Below are positions 8,173-17,232 of a stretch of DNA of 64,000 nt, in pieces. Position numbers and translations under genes: made by a program. The notes beneath the pieces are model-generated. The model worked only from the letters and a program-made list of their open reading frames with translations, was not told the origin of the DNA and made no database searches. Within the stretch, counting starts at the first letter, position 1, and each line of letters begins with the position of its first letter. The stretch covers positions 9,073 through 73,072 of the forward strand of contig CALUXG010000030.1 of NCBI GenBank assembly GCA_944324685.1. The letters are read 5' to 3'. Source of the DNA: an uncultured Elusimicrobiales bacterium (GTDB lineage Bacteria > Elusimicrobiota > Elusimicrobia > Elusimicrobiales > Elusimicrobiaceae).

Positions 8173-8855
8173 CTTCCAAAATCGGCCCCGCAAATGGTAA
8201 AATAGTGATTGCGCCTTCCATTTTGTCGGCCGATTTGTGGAACTTGGCCAAAGAAGTGCAAACTGTGGATGAGGCCGGCGCGGATTGGCTGCATGTGGAC
8301 GTAATGGACGGGCATTTTGTACCGAATTTAAGTTTCGGCCCCGCCACCGTAAAAAGTCTCAGCGCACGTACGGATTTGCCTTTGGACGTACATTTAATGG
8401 TGCAGTATCCGCTGCGCTTTATAGAGGCATTTGCCAAAGCCGGCGCCGATATGTTAACCGTACATATTGAAGCGCAAGACGATGTAGAAGAAGCTCTTTT
8501 ATTGATTAAAAAATTAGGCGTAAAAACGGGTTTGTCCATAAAACCGGACACGGACCCTTTACGCATACAGCCGTTTTTGAGTATATTGGATTTGATTTTA
8601 GTCATGACCGTACAGCCCGGTTTTGGCGGACAGAGTTTCCTGCCGCACAGCCCCGCGCACATAAGCGCCGTACGGAGTCAGATTAAGGCCGCGAAACGGC
8701 CGATATGGCTGGAAGTGGACGGAGGCATCAACGCCCAAACCGCCGCTGAAGCCGCCCATGCGGGAGCGGATGCATTCGTGGCGGGAAATGCCATATTTGC
8801 CGCCGCACAGCCTAAACGGGCTTTGCAAGACATACGCAAAGCCGCCACCATTTAA
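8169..8855 (+). CDS. rpe: ribulose-phosphate 3-epimerase
   Basis: IAPSILSADL, HVDVMDGHFVPNLSFG, MTVQPGFGGQSF, VDGGIN. ATGA overlap with the PASTA gene. Confidence 0.9.
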   Translation: MTSKIGPANGKIVIAPSILSADLWNLAKEVQTVDEAGADWLHVDVMDGHFVPNLSFGPATVKSLSARTDLPLDVHLMVQYPLRFIEAFAKAGADMLTVHIEAQDDVEEALLLIKKLGVKTGLSIKPDTDPLRIQPFLSILDLILVMTVQPGFGGQSFLPHSPAHISAVRSQIKAAKRPIWLEVDGGINAQTAAEAAHAGADAFVAGNAIFAAAQPKRALQDIRKAATI

Positions 8856-8894
8856 TTAAACGCCTACATAAGGGCGAACATAAGGAGAAGTTAC

Positions 8895-9149
8895 ATGGCA
8901 GTCGTCATCAGATTACAAAGAGTGGGCAAAAAAGCCCATGCGCAGTACAGAGTCGTAGCGATTGAAAAGAAAACAGCCGTAGGCTCCGAAGCCAAAGAAG
9001 TGTTGGGTCAGTATGATCCGTGCAACAAAGAAACCGCCAAACAGATTAACCTGAATTTGGAACGCGTGCAGCATTGGATGAAAAACGGCGCAAAACCCTC
9101 CGAAACGGTGGCCGCTTTAATTAAAAAAGCCCAAGCCGCCGCCAAATAA
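8895..9149 (+). CDS. rpsP: 30S ribosomal protein S16
   Basis: MAVVIRLQRVGKKAHAQYRVVA... with a strong AAGGAG Shine-Dalgarno sequence. Confidence 0.95.
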   Translation: MAVVIRLQRVGKKAHAQYRVVAIEKKTAVGSEAKEVLGQYDPCNKETAKQINLNLERVQHWMKNGAKPSETVAALIKKAQAAAK

Positions 9150-9157
9150 GAGGCATT

Positions 9158-9388
9158 ATGAAAGAGTTAGCCACTATCCTTCTCAAATCCCTCTCCGCTA
9201 ATCCGGACAATGTAGTGGTAGAAGAAAAAATTGAGAACAACAAAGTTTACCTCTCGACAAAAGTGTCCCCTGAGGACAAAGGAAAGGTAATCGGAAAAGA
9301 CGGCTGCATTATCAAAGCCGTACGCATCGTGCTTAGCGCGGCGGCGGCCAAACAAAACGTAAAGGTTACGTTAAAGCTGGAAGACTGA
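9158..9388 (+). CDS. KH-domain RNA-binding protein (YlqC/UPF0109 type)
   Basis: 76 aa with the GKVIGKDGCIIKAVRIV KH motif, in the conserved position after rpsP. Confidence 0.85.
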   Translation: MKELATILLKSLSANPDNVVVEEKIENNKVYLSTKVSPEDKGKVIGKDGCIIKAVRIVLSAAAAKQNVKVTLKLED

Positions 9389-10170
9389 TGTTGAAAGTGG
9401 ACGTCGTTACCGCGTTCCCCGACATGTTGTCCGCTCCTTTGAGCCAAAGCATCGTAGGCAGAGCGCAAAAAGCGAAAGTGCTGAAGCTGGGTTTTACCAA
9501 CCCTCGGGATTTTACCGACGATAAACACCATACGCTGGACGACAGACCTTACGGGGGCGGGCCCGGCATGCTGATGAAAGCCGAACCGCTCTACCGTGCA
9601 ATAACAAAGCTGCGCAAAAAAAATTCGGTCGTTATTTTAACCAGCCCGCGCGGACAAAGGTTTACGCAGGCTTTGGCCAAAAAACTGGCCAAAAAGAAAC
9701 ACCTGATTTTTGTGTGCGGCCATTATGAAGGGATAGACGAAAGAATATATCCCGAAATGGATATGGAAGTGTCGCTGGGGGATTTTATCCTGACCGGCGG
9801 AGAACTGGCCTCAGCCGTCATGATAGACGCTATCACGCGGCTTTTGCCGGGGACGTTCAAAAAGCAGGACGTTACCGCTTCAGAATCGTTTGAAGGCGGC
9901 TTGTTGGAAGCTCCGCAATACACACGGCCCGAAGTATGGCGGGGCAAAAGAGTGCCGCAAGTGCTTTTAAGCGGACATCATAAACAGATGGAAGCGTGGA
10001 AACGGGAAAAAGCTTTGGAACTGACCAAAAAGTACCGGCCCGATTTATTAGAGGCGCAGACGGCCTTCAAGGCCTCTGTAAAACCAAGCGTCAAAAATAA
10101 GGGGAAAACAAAAGCGGACAAACCCGCCGCCAAAACCCCACAAAAAACAAAGAAACAAACGAAGAAATGA
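9388..10170 (+). CDS. trmD: tRNA (guanine37-N1)-methyltransferase with a Lys-rich C-terminal tail
   Basis: DDRPYGGGPGMLM, GHYEGIDERI, SLGDFILTGGELASAVMIDAITRLLPG. The tail is KPSVKNKGKTKADKPAAKTPQKTKKQTKK. Confidence 0.9.
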   Translation: MLKVDVVTAFPDMLSAPLSQSIVGRAQKAKVLKLGFTNPRDFTDDKHHTLDDRPYGGGPGMLMKAEPLYRAITKLRKKNSVVILTSPRGQRFTQALAKKLAKKKHLIFVCGHYEGIDERIYPEMDMEVSLGDFILTGGELASAVMIDAITRLLPGTFKKQDVTASESFEGGLLEAPQYTRPEVWRGKRVPQVLLSGHHKQMEAWKREKALELTKKYRPDLLEAQTAFKASVKPSVKNKGKTKADKPAAKTPQKTKKQTKK

Positions 10171-10191
10171 TTTTCGGAGGAAGTAAGCGTT

Positions 10192-10611
10192 ATGAACATC
10201 AATCAAATTAAACACAATCTTAAAACCAACGTACCGGCCTTTAAGTCCGGCGACACGGTGCGCGTCAAGGTCAAAGTCGTAGAAGGCGACAATGAGCGCG
10301 TACAGGCTTTTGACGGCGTAGTCATCGGCCGCAAAGGCAGCGGCATCAGCGAAACGTTCACGGTACGCAAAATTTCGTTTGGCGTGGGCGTGGAAAGAAT
10401 TTTTCCTGTACATTCCCCCCGTGTGGAAAGCATTGAAGTGTTAAAGAGCGGCAAAGTGCGCAGAGCCAAATTGAACTACCTGAAGAAATTGTCCGGCAAA
10501 GCGGCCCGCCTGCAGGAAGTTAAAAAACAGACCGCCGAAGCCGAAACAGCTCAAGCGGCCGCTCCGGCCGAAGAAACCGCCGCGGAACAACCCGCTGCTG
10601 AGGCTAAATAA
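10192..10611 (+). CDS. rplS: 50S ribosomal protein L19 with an Ala/Glu-rich C-terminal extension
   Basis: [49 protein letters not shown] Shine-Dalgarno sequence. Confidence 0.95.
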   Translation: MNINQIKHNLKTNVPAFKSGDTVRVKVKVVEGDNERVQAFDGVVIGRKGSGISETFTVRKISFGVGVERIFPVHSPRVESIEVLKSGKVRRAKLNYLKKLSGKAARLQEVKKQTAEAETAQAAAPAEETAAEQPAAEAK

Positions 10612-10643
10612 CAAGGCCTCGGGCCGAATTATTTCCTCCAATG

Positions 10644-10674
10644 CCGCGCCCCTTCTACACGGGGCGCGGTTTTT
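10644..10674 (+). terminator. intrinsic terminator of the rpsP-rplS operon
   Basis: ccgcgcccc (10644-10652) pairs with ggggcgcgg (10661-10669), followed by TTTTT. Confidence 0.75.
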
Positions 10675-10772
10675 GTATCATCGTTTTCTTTGCCGGAGAA
10701 TGCGTAAAAAACTCCGTTCCGGACAACAGACTGACCGGTTTTACCAAGGCACTACAGCAAGAAGCGTCTCCT

Positions 10773-10810
10773 TCAAAAAAAACAATCCCCTGATTTTAGA
10801 GGGGGATTGT
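10773..10810 (-). terminator. intrinsic terminator downstream of pseudopilin gene 1
   Basis: acaatcccc (10782-10790) pairs with ggggattgt (10802-10810). A T8 run follows on the minus strand. Confidence 0.65.
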
Positions 10811-10851
10811 TTTCATACATCAGGATATAGTATTTTTCGTCGCAAAAAAGA

Positions 10852-11376
10852 TTACACCTCTCCTTTTCTAAACGTCCATCCCATAGACTCTAAATTTTTA
10901 CAAATTTTGACGCCGACATCACTGTTTACACCCGTATAACAAGATCTGGACAAAGCATTCGGTTTTCCTTCCACAGTGAAAACATAATCTAAATCACCTC
11001 GTCGCCTTATTTCAATGTATAAATTTCCATCCGGATTAATCTGTGCATGGGAATAATCAAAAAATTTAGTTAAAAATACGCTGTCTTCATCTCCTTCTCC
11101 AAAAGACAAAGAAGAAAAATCTTGCAAAAATTCTATTTTTCCAGTGGGGCCTCCTGTTTCCAACAAATGCAATTTCAGCTGTTCTTCTATAGCTCGAACA
11201 TTTTGCAAGACTTCCGCCACGCGGGCTTTTTCCACCGCCACCGTATACTGCGGCAGCGCAATGGCCGACAAGATACCGATAATCAAGACGACCACCAACA
11301 ATTCAATAAGCGTAAAGCCGTCTATTTTCCTTTTTAAGAGGTTTTTTATTTCCAGATAAGTTTTTTGAGTTTCCAT
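10852..11376 (-). CDS. type IV pilin-like / pseudopilin protein (prepilin N-terminal cleavage-methylation motif)
   Basis: METQKTYLEIKNLLKRKIDG|FTLIELLVVVLIIGILSAIALPQYTVAVEKAR. Confidence 0.8.
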   Translation of the reverse strand: METQKTYLEIKNLLKRKIDGFTLIELLVVVLIIGILSAIALPQYTVAVEKARVAEVLQNVRAIEEQLKLHLLETGGPTGKIEFLQDFSSLSFGEGDEDSVFLTKFFDYSHAQINPDGNLYIEIRRRGDLDYVFTVEGKPNALSRSCYTGVNSDVGVKICKNLESMGWTFRKGEV

Positions 11377-11382
11377 GCAGAA

Positions 11383-11410
11383 AATGTAGCAAAAAAAAAA
11401 AACAAGTCAA
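11383..11410 (-). promoter_or_regulatory. putative promoter of pseudopilin 1 with a T12 homopolymer in the spacer
   Basis: Minus strand: TTGACT (11405-11410), 16-nt spacer TG-T12-GC, TACATT (11383-11388), 6 nt, ATG 11376. No Shine-Dalgarno sequence. Confidence 0.4.
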
Positions 11411-11546
11411 GGAAAATCCATTTTAATAAACTGCACCTATCAACAAATAAACGGTTGTTTTATAAAAATATACACATAGTTTCTGTTTTTAGTTATAATA
11501 AAAAGAGCAGCCTGTCCGCCGCGGGGAACGGGCTTAGGAGGGGTAT

Positions 11547-12530
11547 ATGGATATCACAACGTTAAACAAACAAGTGCAGGCCGAAAGCCTTTTTTTACAG
11601 GATTTAAAAAGAGAAGTGGGCAAGGTAATTGTAGGCCAAGAAGACTTGATTGAAAAAATGTTGGTGGCGTTGTTGGCTGACGGGCATATTCTCATTGAGG
11701 GCGTTCCCGGGCTGGCCAAAACGCTGGCGGTCAAAACTCTTGCCGCCGCCATACAAGCGCAATTTCAGCGCATTCAGTTTACCCCGGATTTGCTGCCTGC
11801 AGATATTACAGGCACGCTGATTTTTAACCCCAAAGACGGACAATTTTATCCAAAGCGCGGACCGATTTTTTCCAACTTTGTTTTGGCCGATGAAATTAAC
11901 CGTTCCCCCGCCAAAGTGCAGAGCGCACTCTTGGAAGCCATGCAGGAACGGCAGGTAACCATCGGAGAGCAAACCTATAAACTGCCCGCCCCGTTTATGG
12001 TGCTGGCCACGCAAAACCCCGTAGAACAGGAAGGAACGTATCCCCTGCCGGAAGCGCAGGTGGACCGCTTTATGCTCAAAGTCCTCATTACCTATCCGAC
12101 CAAAGAAGAAGAAAAACAAATTTTGGAACGCATGGCCTCTCATCAAGCCATCCAATTAAAAACTTCCGTTACGCCGGACATGATCTTAAAAGCCCGTCAA
12201 ATAGTGGACGGGATTTATGTGGACGAGAAAATCAAAAATTATATTGTGGAGCTGGTATTTGCCACCCGCGATCCGAAAAGTTACAAACTGGACAAACTGG
12301 CCTCCTTTATTGCTTACGGCGCCAGTCCGCGCGCGACTATATTCCTCACTCAGGCGGCCAAAGCCTATGCTTTCCTCAACGGCCGCGGTTATGTTACCCC
12401 CGAAGACATCAAAACCGTAGGATTGGACGTATTGCGCCACCGCGTATTGCTCTCATACGAAGCCGAAGCGGAAAACATTACTTCCGACCAAATCGTTAAG
12501 GAAATATTTGAAGCGGTAGACGTGCCTTAA
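11547..12530 (+). CDS. MoxR-family AAA+ ATPase
   Basis: Walker A-region LIEGVPGLAKT, Walker B FVLADEINRSPAKVQSALLEAMQE. AGGAGG Shine-Dalgarno sequence. Confidence 0.9.
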   Translation: MDITTLNKQVQAESLFLQDLKREVGKVIVGQEDLIEKMLVALLADGHILIEGVPGLAKTLAVKTLAAAIQAQFQRIQFTPDLLPADITGTLIFNPKDGQFYPKRGPIFSNFVLADEINRSPAKVQSALLEAMQERQVTIGEQTYKLPAPFMVLATQNPVEQEGTYPLPEAQVDRFMLKVLITYPTKEEEKQILERMASHQAIQLKTSVTPDMILKARQIVDGIYVDEKIKNYIVELVFATRDPKSYKLDKLASFIAYGASPRATIFLTQAAKAYAFLNGRGYVTPEDIKTVGLDVLRHRVLLSYEAEAENITSDQIVKEIFEAVDVP

Positions 12531-12553
12531 TCTGCGCAAGGAGGCATTGGCAT

Positions 12554-13450
12554 ATGCGCATGGATACGGCCGACATTCTGAAAAAAGTACGGCAGATTGA
12601 GATACAGACCGGCAAACTGGTGGAAGAAACTTTTGCCGGAGAGTACCTCAGCGTGTTCAAAGGCCAAGGCATGGAGTTTGCCGAAGTGCGCGAATATACC
12701 CCCGGGGACGATGTACGCAGCATAGACTGGAACGTTACCGCCAGAAGCGGTAATCCGTATGTCAAAAAATTTAACGAAGAACGCGAACTGACGCTGATGA
12801 TTGCCTGCGACATGTCCGCCTCCCAACGGTTTGGCTCCTTTGATAAATTCAAACAAGAAGCCGCCGCCGAATTGGCCGCGCTGTTTGCTTTTTCCGCCTT
12901 AAAAAACGGCGACAAAGTGGGGCTGTTGTTATTCTCGGACCAAATAGAATTATTCGTTCCCCCTAAAAAAGGGAAAAAACATATTTTACGCCTTATTCGG
13001 GAATTGGTGGCTTTTGAACCGCAAAGAACGGGAACAGACATATCGCTGGCCTTAACCACATTGAGCAAGGTCATCAAACGTCAGGGAATCTTGATTTTTA
13101 TTTCCGACTTCTTGGCCGAACCTGAAACGTTTGCCCAACCGCTTAGGCTGGCGGCGAAAAAATTTGATTTAATCCCCGTCATTATAGAAGACAAACTGGA
13201 AAGAGCTCTTCCGCTGGTACATGCCTGTTTGGACGTACGGGATCCGGAAACAAATGAAGAAAAACTTTTCGCTTTAGGCGGTGCCGACTTAAACCGTTTA
13301 TTGAGCCGGCGCCGACAAGTATGGACGGAGCAAATGGACCGGCTGTTTACTCCCCTAAAAATAGAAGGCATTTGGGTGGATACGGCGCTGCCGCCGGCCG
13401 ACCCCGTCATAGAATTTTTTAAGCGACGCGCGCGCAAATTAAGAAGATGA
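12554..13450 (+). CDS. DUF58 (VWA-like) protein, the usual MoxR partner
   Basis: GMEFAEVREYTPGDDVRSIDWNVTAR motif, directly after the MoxR gene. Confidence 0.8.
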   Translation: MRMDTADILKKVRQIEIQTGKLVEETFAGEYLSVFKGQGMEFAEVREYTPGDDVRSIDWNVTARSGNPYVKKFNEERELTLMIACDMSASQRFGSFDKFKQEAAAELAALFAFSALKNGDKVGLLLFSDQIELFVPPKKGKKHILRLIRELVAFEPQRTGTDISLALTTLSKVIKRQGILIFISDFLAEPETFAQPLRLAAKKFDLIPVIIEDKLERALPLVHACLDVRDPETNEEKLFALGGADLNRLLSRRRQVWTEQMDRLFTPLKIEGIWVDTALPPADPVIEFFKRRARKLRR

Positions 13451-14391
13451 AAAAACTGTTTTTGTTTATTTTTTGTTTATGCCCGTGCGCGGCGGCCCAG
13501 CAGCCGGCCGTGCCGCAGACTGCCGCACAAACTCCAAAAATCAGCGTTACCGCCCAGTACATCCCGCAAAAAACGCCGTTTGCCGGTGCATTTGACACGC
13601 GTTTTGAGCTGTCTCATCTGCCGGAATATGTGGTAGAACTGGATAAAGAAAGCATGCCGGAGGGATTTACGCTGACGGCACAGCAACGCCATACTTTATC
13701 ACCCGGGACAACGGCATATGAATTAACGTTTATGCCTTTTACACTGGGGATTTCCACCTTTACGGCATTGACTTTTGAACTCAAAGAACAATCCGGCGGC
13801 AAAATACTGGACGCCGCGCAATCGGCAGAAACACACATAGACGTTACCCCCGTCCAATATTTTAAGAAACAATCCCTTTTGGACATACGTCCGCCGTACA
13901 TCCCCTCCAACCCCCTGTTCTGGTTTTTTGTTTTGGTGGTATTTGCGCTGATAGTGTATACGGCCTATAAATTTTATAAAACCCTCCAAAACAAAAGCCG
14001 TAAGCTGACCCAAATGCAAGACAACCGCCCGCCGGACGTGATTGCCCTGTCCAAAATAGAAGCTCTTTTGCAAAGCGGCCTGTGGGAACACGCACAATAC
14101 AAATTGTTTTATATAGAATTAGGAGAAATTTTGCGTGAATATTTTTGGCGGCGTTTTGGACAGGACGTATCTTCAGATACTTCCGCCGAGCTTTTGCGCC
14201 GCGCACGGCGCATTCCCCAGCTGGCAAAACTGTTGCTGCCGCTGAGAGAATACTTAAACTCTTCCGATTTGGTAAAATTCGCTAAAGTTACGCCGACACA
14301 AGACACCATGCGCCAAGACGTAAACGTGGTCAGAAACGTGGTAAAACAAACTTCACCGCAAGAAGAAATGCTAACGAAGGAGGATAAATAA
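13447..14391 (+). CDS. hypothetical single-pass membrane protein of the Bat cluster (DUF4381-like position)
   Basis: Signal peptide, central TM helix (LFWFFVLVVFALIVYTAYKFY). ATGA overlap upstream and TAATG overlap downstream. Confidence 0.55.
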   Translation: MKKLFLFIFCLCPCAAAQQPAVPQTAAQTPKISVTAQYIPQKTPFAGAFDTRFELSHLPEYVVELDKESMPEGFTLTAQQRHTLSPGTTAYELTFMPFTLGISTFTALTFELKEQSGGKILDAAQSAETHIDVTPVQYFKKQSLLDIRPPYIPSNPLFWFFVLVVFALIVYTAYKFYKTLQNKSRKLTQMQDNRPPDVIALSKIEALLQSGLWEHAQYKLFYIELGEILREYFWRRFGQDVSSDTSAELLRRARRIPQLAKLLLPLREYLNSSDLVKFAKVTPTQDTMRQDVNVVRNVVKQTSPQEEMLTKEDK

Positions 14392-15521
14392 TGTTTACTC
14401 CTTGGTTTTTGCTTTCCTTGCTTTTATTAATGCTGTCTTTGATTGCCTCTGCACTGCTGCACAAATTTGCGCGCATAACCGGCAGTGCCGTATTGGTATT
14501 CGCCTGCACCAGCATCCTGTTGGCAGCGGGCATGGCGGCGCAAAAAGCCGCCGGAGAAAATTTCAGTTTTGTACAGCCGTATTTTCTGCTGCTGTTGGCG
14601 GTGCCTGCCGTATTATTGGCGGCGCACACTTTCTGGAGCCGTCGCTTTCGTCAGATAGCGGATTATCCGCTGACGGGCTTTTTGCAACAGTCTTTTTCCT
14701 TACGCGCCGCCATGACACGCGCACTGCCTTTGGGATTGGCACTGGGCGCTTTATGCTTGTTTATTATTGCGCTGGCCCGTCCCGTCAGCCTCAGCACCGC
14801 CAAACTCCCCCCCACGCAAGGCATAGACATTATGATGATTATAGACGTGTCAGCCAGCATGAATAATCAGGATTTTTATCCCTCACGTCTTGTAGCCGCT
14901 CAAAAAACAGCCATAGATTTTATCGGCAAACGTTTTAACGATCGCATAGGGTTAGTCATTTTTGCGCGCTATGCTTCTTTGTCGGCTCCTTTAACGCTGG
15001 ACCATGAAGCGGTGCAGGAGTTGGTCGCGTCTTTGTTTTTAGGCGCAGTGGATCCAAAACTTACCGCCATAGGAGATGCGTTGGGTCTAGCGTCCAGCCA
15101 CTTGAAAAACAGTACGGCTAAAAGCAAAATCATTCTGCTTTTGACCGATGGGTCCAACAACGCCGGCGCCTTGGATCCGCTGCTGGCTGCCAAAGCTGCC
15201 GCCGCGTACGGCATTAAAATATACGCCATAGCCACAGCCAGCCCGCCGGGTACGAGCATTTTCTCCAGCAGCGAAGATGAAATAGACGAAGGGCTATTGA
15301 TGGAAATCGCAAAAAATACCGGCGGAAAATTTTACCGCGCAAAAAATGAAATGGAATTGCAATCCATTTACAACGAAATCAACCAGTTGGAAAAAACGGA
15401 CTTTGCCCAAAGCTCAAAAGTAAACCAACAAGATGTGTACCGGCCCTTTTTGCTGGCGGGTTTAATCTTGTTGCTGCTGGCAGTTGCCCTGCGCAAACTG
15501 ATTTTTATCAAGGTGCCGTAA
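14391..15521 (+). CDS. batA: BatA-like membrane protein with a von Willebrand factor A domain
   Basis: N-terminal TM helices plus a VWA MIDAS motif (MIIDVSASM ... LLTDGSNNAG). C-terminal TM helix. Confidence 0.8.
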   Translation: MFTPWFLLSLLLLMLSLIASALLHKFARITGSAVLVFACTSILLAAGMAAQKAAGENFSFVQPYFLLLLAVPAVLLAAHTFWSRRFRQIADYPLTGFLQQSFSLRAAMTRALPLGLALGALCLFIIALARPVSLSTAKLPPTQGIDIMMIIDVSASMNNQDFYPSRLVAAQKTAIDFIGKRFNDRIGLVIFARYASLSAPLTLDHEAVQELVASLFLGAVDPKLTAIGDALGLASSHLKNSTAKSKIILLLTDGSNNAGALDPLLAAKAAAAYGIKIYAIATASPPGTSIFSSSEDEIDEGLLMEIAKNTGGKFYRAKNEMELQSIYNEINQLEKTDFAQSSKVNQQDVYRPFLLAGLILLLLAVALRKLIFIKVP

Positions 15522-15522
15522 T

Positions 15523-16557
15523 ATGGAATTATTTGAACAACCCATTTATTTTTTGTATTTTGCCATTACTTTGCTCCTGTTGTGGAGCGTATATTGGCTG
15601 GGAAACAAATTCAAACGACGCATTGTCTTTTCTCTATTCGGGCCGAAGGCTTATGCGCGCTTAACTAAAGGCGGAGACAAACTGGCCGCCGTTAAAACGG
15701 GGTTTTTACTGTGCGGATTATTTTTTCTGTTCGCCGCGCTGGCCAAACCCCAATGGGGTTTGGAAATCGTCAAAGCAGAAGGAGAATTCGCCCAAACGGT
15801 CATAGCAGTGGACGTGTCGGCCTCCATGCGCGCGCGCGACGTCCATCCGGACCGGTTGGACAGCGCCAAAAACATGCTGCGCATGCTGATAAGCAGCCTC
15901 AAAAATGAACGTATCGGGCTGATAGCGTTTACTTCTCAAGCCTATATACAATGCCCCATTACGACAGATGACGAAGCCCTGAAATATTTTATATCTTCCC
16001 TACAGCCGGACATGCTGCCCGTGGCGGGTACGTCTCTGTCCGCCCCCGTCAAACTGGCCGCACAAATGCTGGCCAAATACCCCGGGAAAAAGGCCCTGAT
16101 TATTTTAACAGACGGTGAAGATCACGAACCGCAGCAGCTGGCAGAAGCCCAAACCGTCGCCCAACAGCAAGGCATACGTATTATTGCCATAGGCATCGGT
16201 ACGCCGGAAGGAGAACTCATTCCTCAGCGTACGGATATGAACGGAAAAGTCTTGGAATACAAAAAAGACAAAGACGGGAAAACCGTTGTTTCCAAGTTAG
16301 ATGAACAAAGTCTGGCCGCGCTGGCCCAAGCCACACAAGGCATGTATGTCAAATACACCACACCGGCACAAGTGGCTTCCAAGGTAGAAGAAAGCATAAA
16401 AGATTTAGACCGCAGCCGCTCGGCCGTATCCTCGCGCGCGCGTTACAAAAACCGATATCAAATCCCGCTTTTTCTGGCGGTACTTTGTCTGGCTGTATGG
16501 TTGTCCCTGCCTTTTAAGGCACACAACCAAGAAACGGAAACCAACGAAAAAAGGTAA
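15523..16557 (+). CDS. batB: BatB-like membrane protein with a von Willebrand factor A domain
   Basis: TM helices plus a VWA MIDAS motif (IAVDVSASM ... ILTDGEDHE). Confidence 0.8.
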   Translation: MELFEQPIYFLYFAITLLLLWSVYWLGNKFKRRIVFSLFGPKAYARLTKGGDKLAAVKTGFLLCGLFFLFAALAKPQWGLEIVKAEGEFAQTVIAVDVSASMRARDVHPDRLDSAKNMLRMLISSLKNERIGLIAFTSQAYIQCPITTDDEALKYFISSLQPDMLPVAGTSLSAPVKLAAQMLAKYPGKKALIILTDGEDHEPQQLAEAQTVAQQQGIRIIAIGIGTPEGELIPQRTDMNGKVLEYKKDKDGKTVVSKLDEQSLAALAQATQGMYVKYTTPAQVASKVEESIKDLDRSRSAVSSRARYKNRYQIPLFLAVLCLAVWLSLPFKAHNQETETNEKR

Positions 16558-16561
16558 AATA

Positions 16562-17230
16562 ATGACAATGAAATATTGGTGCATATGTCTCGCTTTTCTT
16601 TTATCCGTGCCGGCGGCACAGGGCGCTGTGCGGGAACAGCTGCGCAAAGGCGGCAAGTTTTATAATGACGGAAAATACGGCTCCGCCCTAAACAGCTATC
16701 AAAATATCTTGAAAGAACACCCCCATAATCAGGCCGCGCTGTTTAACGCCGCCAACGCCTATTATCGTTTAAATGATTATACCCACGCCCAAGAAGCATA
16801 TGCCCAAGCGGCGCAAGAGGAAGGAGATTTAAGCCAGCATGCGCTGTTTAATCTGGGCAACGCCTACTATCGCAGCGGAGACAAACAACAAGCTATAGAA
16901 AGTTTTAAACAAGCTGTCTTGCAAAACCCACAGGACAAAGAAGCCATACACAATTTACAGCTGGTGCTGAAAGAACAAAAACAACAAAACGATAACCAAA
17001 ACAACAATAATAACCAAAGCTCCGACTCGGACAATCGGAACCGACAGCAAGAAAACAATCAAGGGCAGGCACCGCAGCAACAACAGCCACAACAACAGCC
17101 GCAGGACCGGCCTGAACGGATGGACAAAAACGCAGCCGACCGCGTGATGTCCATGGCTAAAGAAAATGAATACCGCCGTTCCGCTCCCGCTGGCAGGCAG
17201 CTGGAACAAACGGTGGAAAAGGATTGGTAG
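16562..17230 (+). CDS. batC: BatC-like TPR protein with a Gln/Asn-rich tail
   Basis: Signal peptide, TPR repeats (ALFNAANAYYRLNDYTHAQEAY, ALFNLGNAYYRSGDKQQAIESF), and a Q/N-rich low-complexity region. Confidence 0.7.
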   Translation: MTMKYWCICLAFLLSVPAAQGAVREQLRKGGKFYNDGKYGSALNSYQNILKEHPHNQAALFNAANAYYRLNDYTHAQEAYAQAAQEEGDLSQHALFNLGNAYYRSGDKQQAIESFKQAVLQNPQDKEAIHNLQLVLKEQKQQNDNQNNNNNQSSDSDNRNRQQENNQGQAPQQQQPQQQPQDRPERMDKNAADRVMSMAKENEYRRSAPAGRQLEQTVEKDW

Positions 17231-17232
17231 CT

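Noticed and set aside
10673-10939. 88-aa plus-strand ORF after rplS.
   Set aside because: It starts at the rplS terminator, runs through the pseudopilin terminator hairpin and lies antisense to the pilin 3' end. There is no coding evidence.
16970-17110. Gln/Asn-rich low-complexity stretch in batC as an independent repeat element.
   Set aside because: It is in-frame within a TPR protein of the expected BatC type. It is a low-complexity linker, not a DNA-level mobile or tandem repeat.
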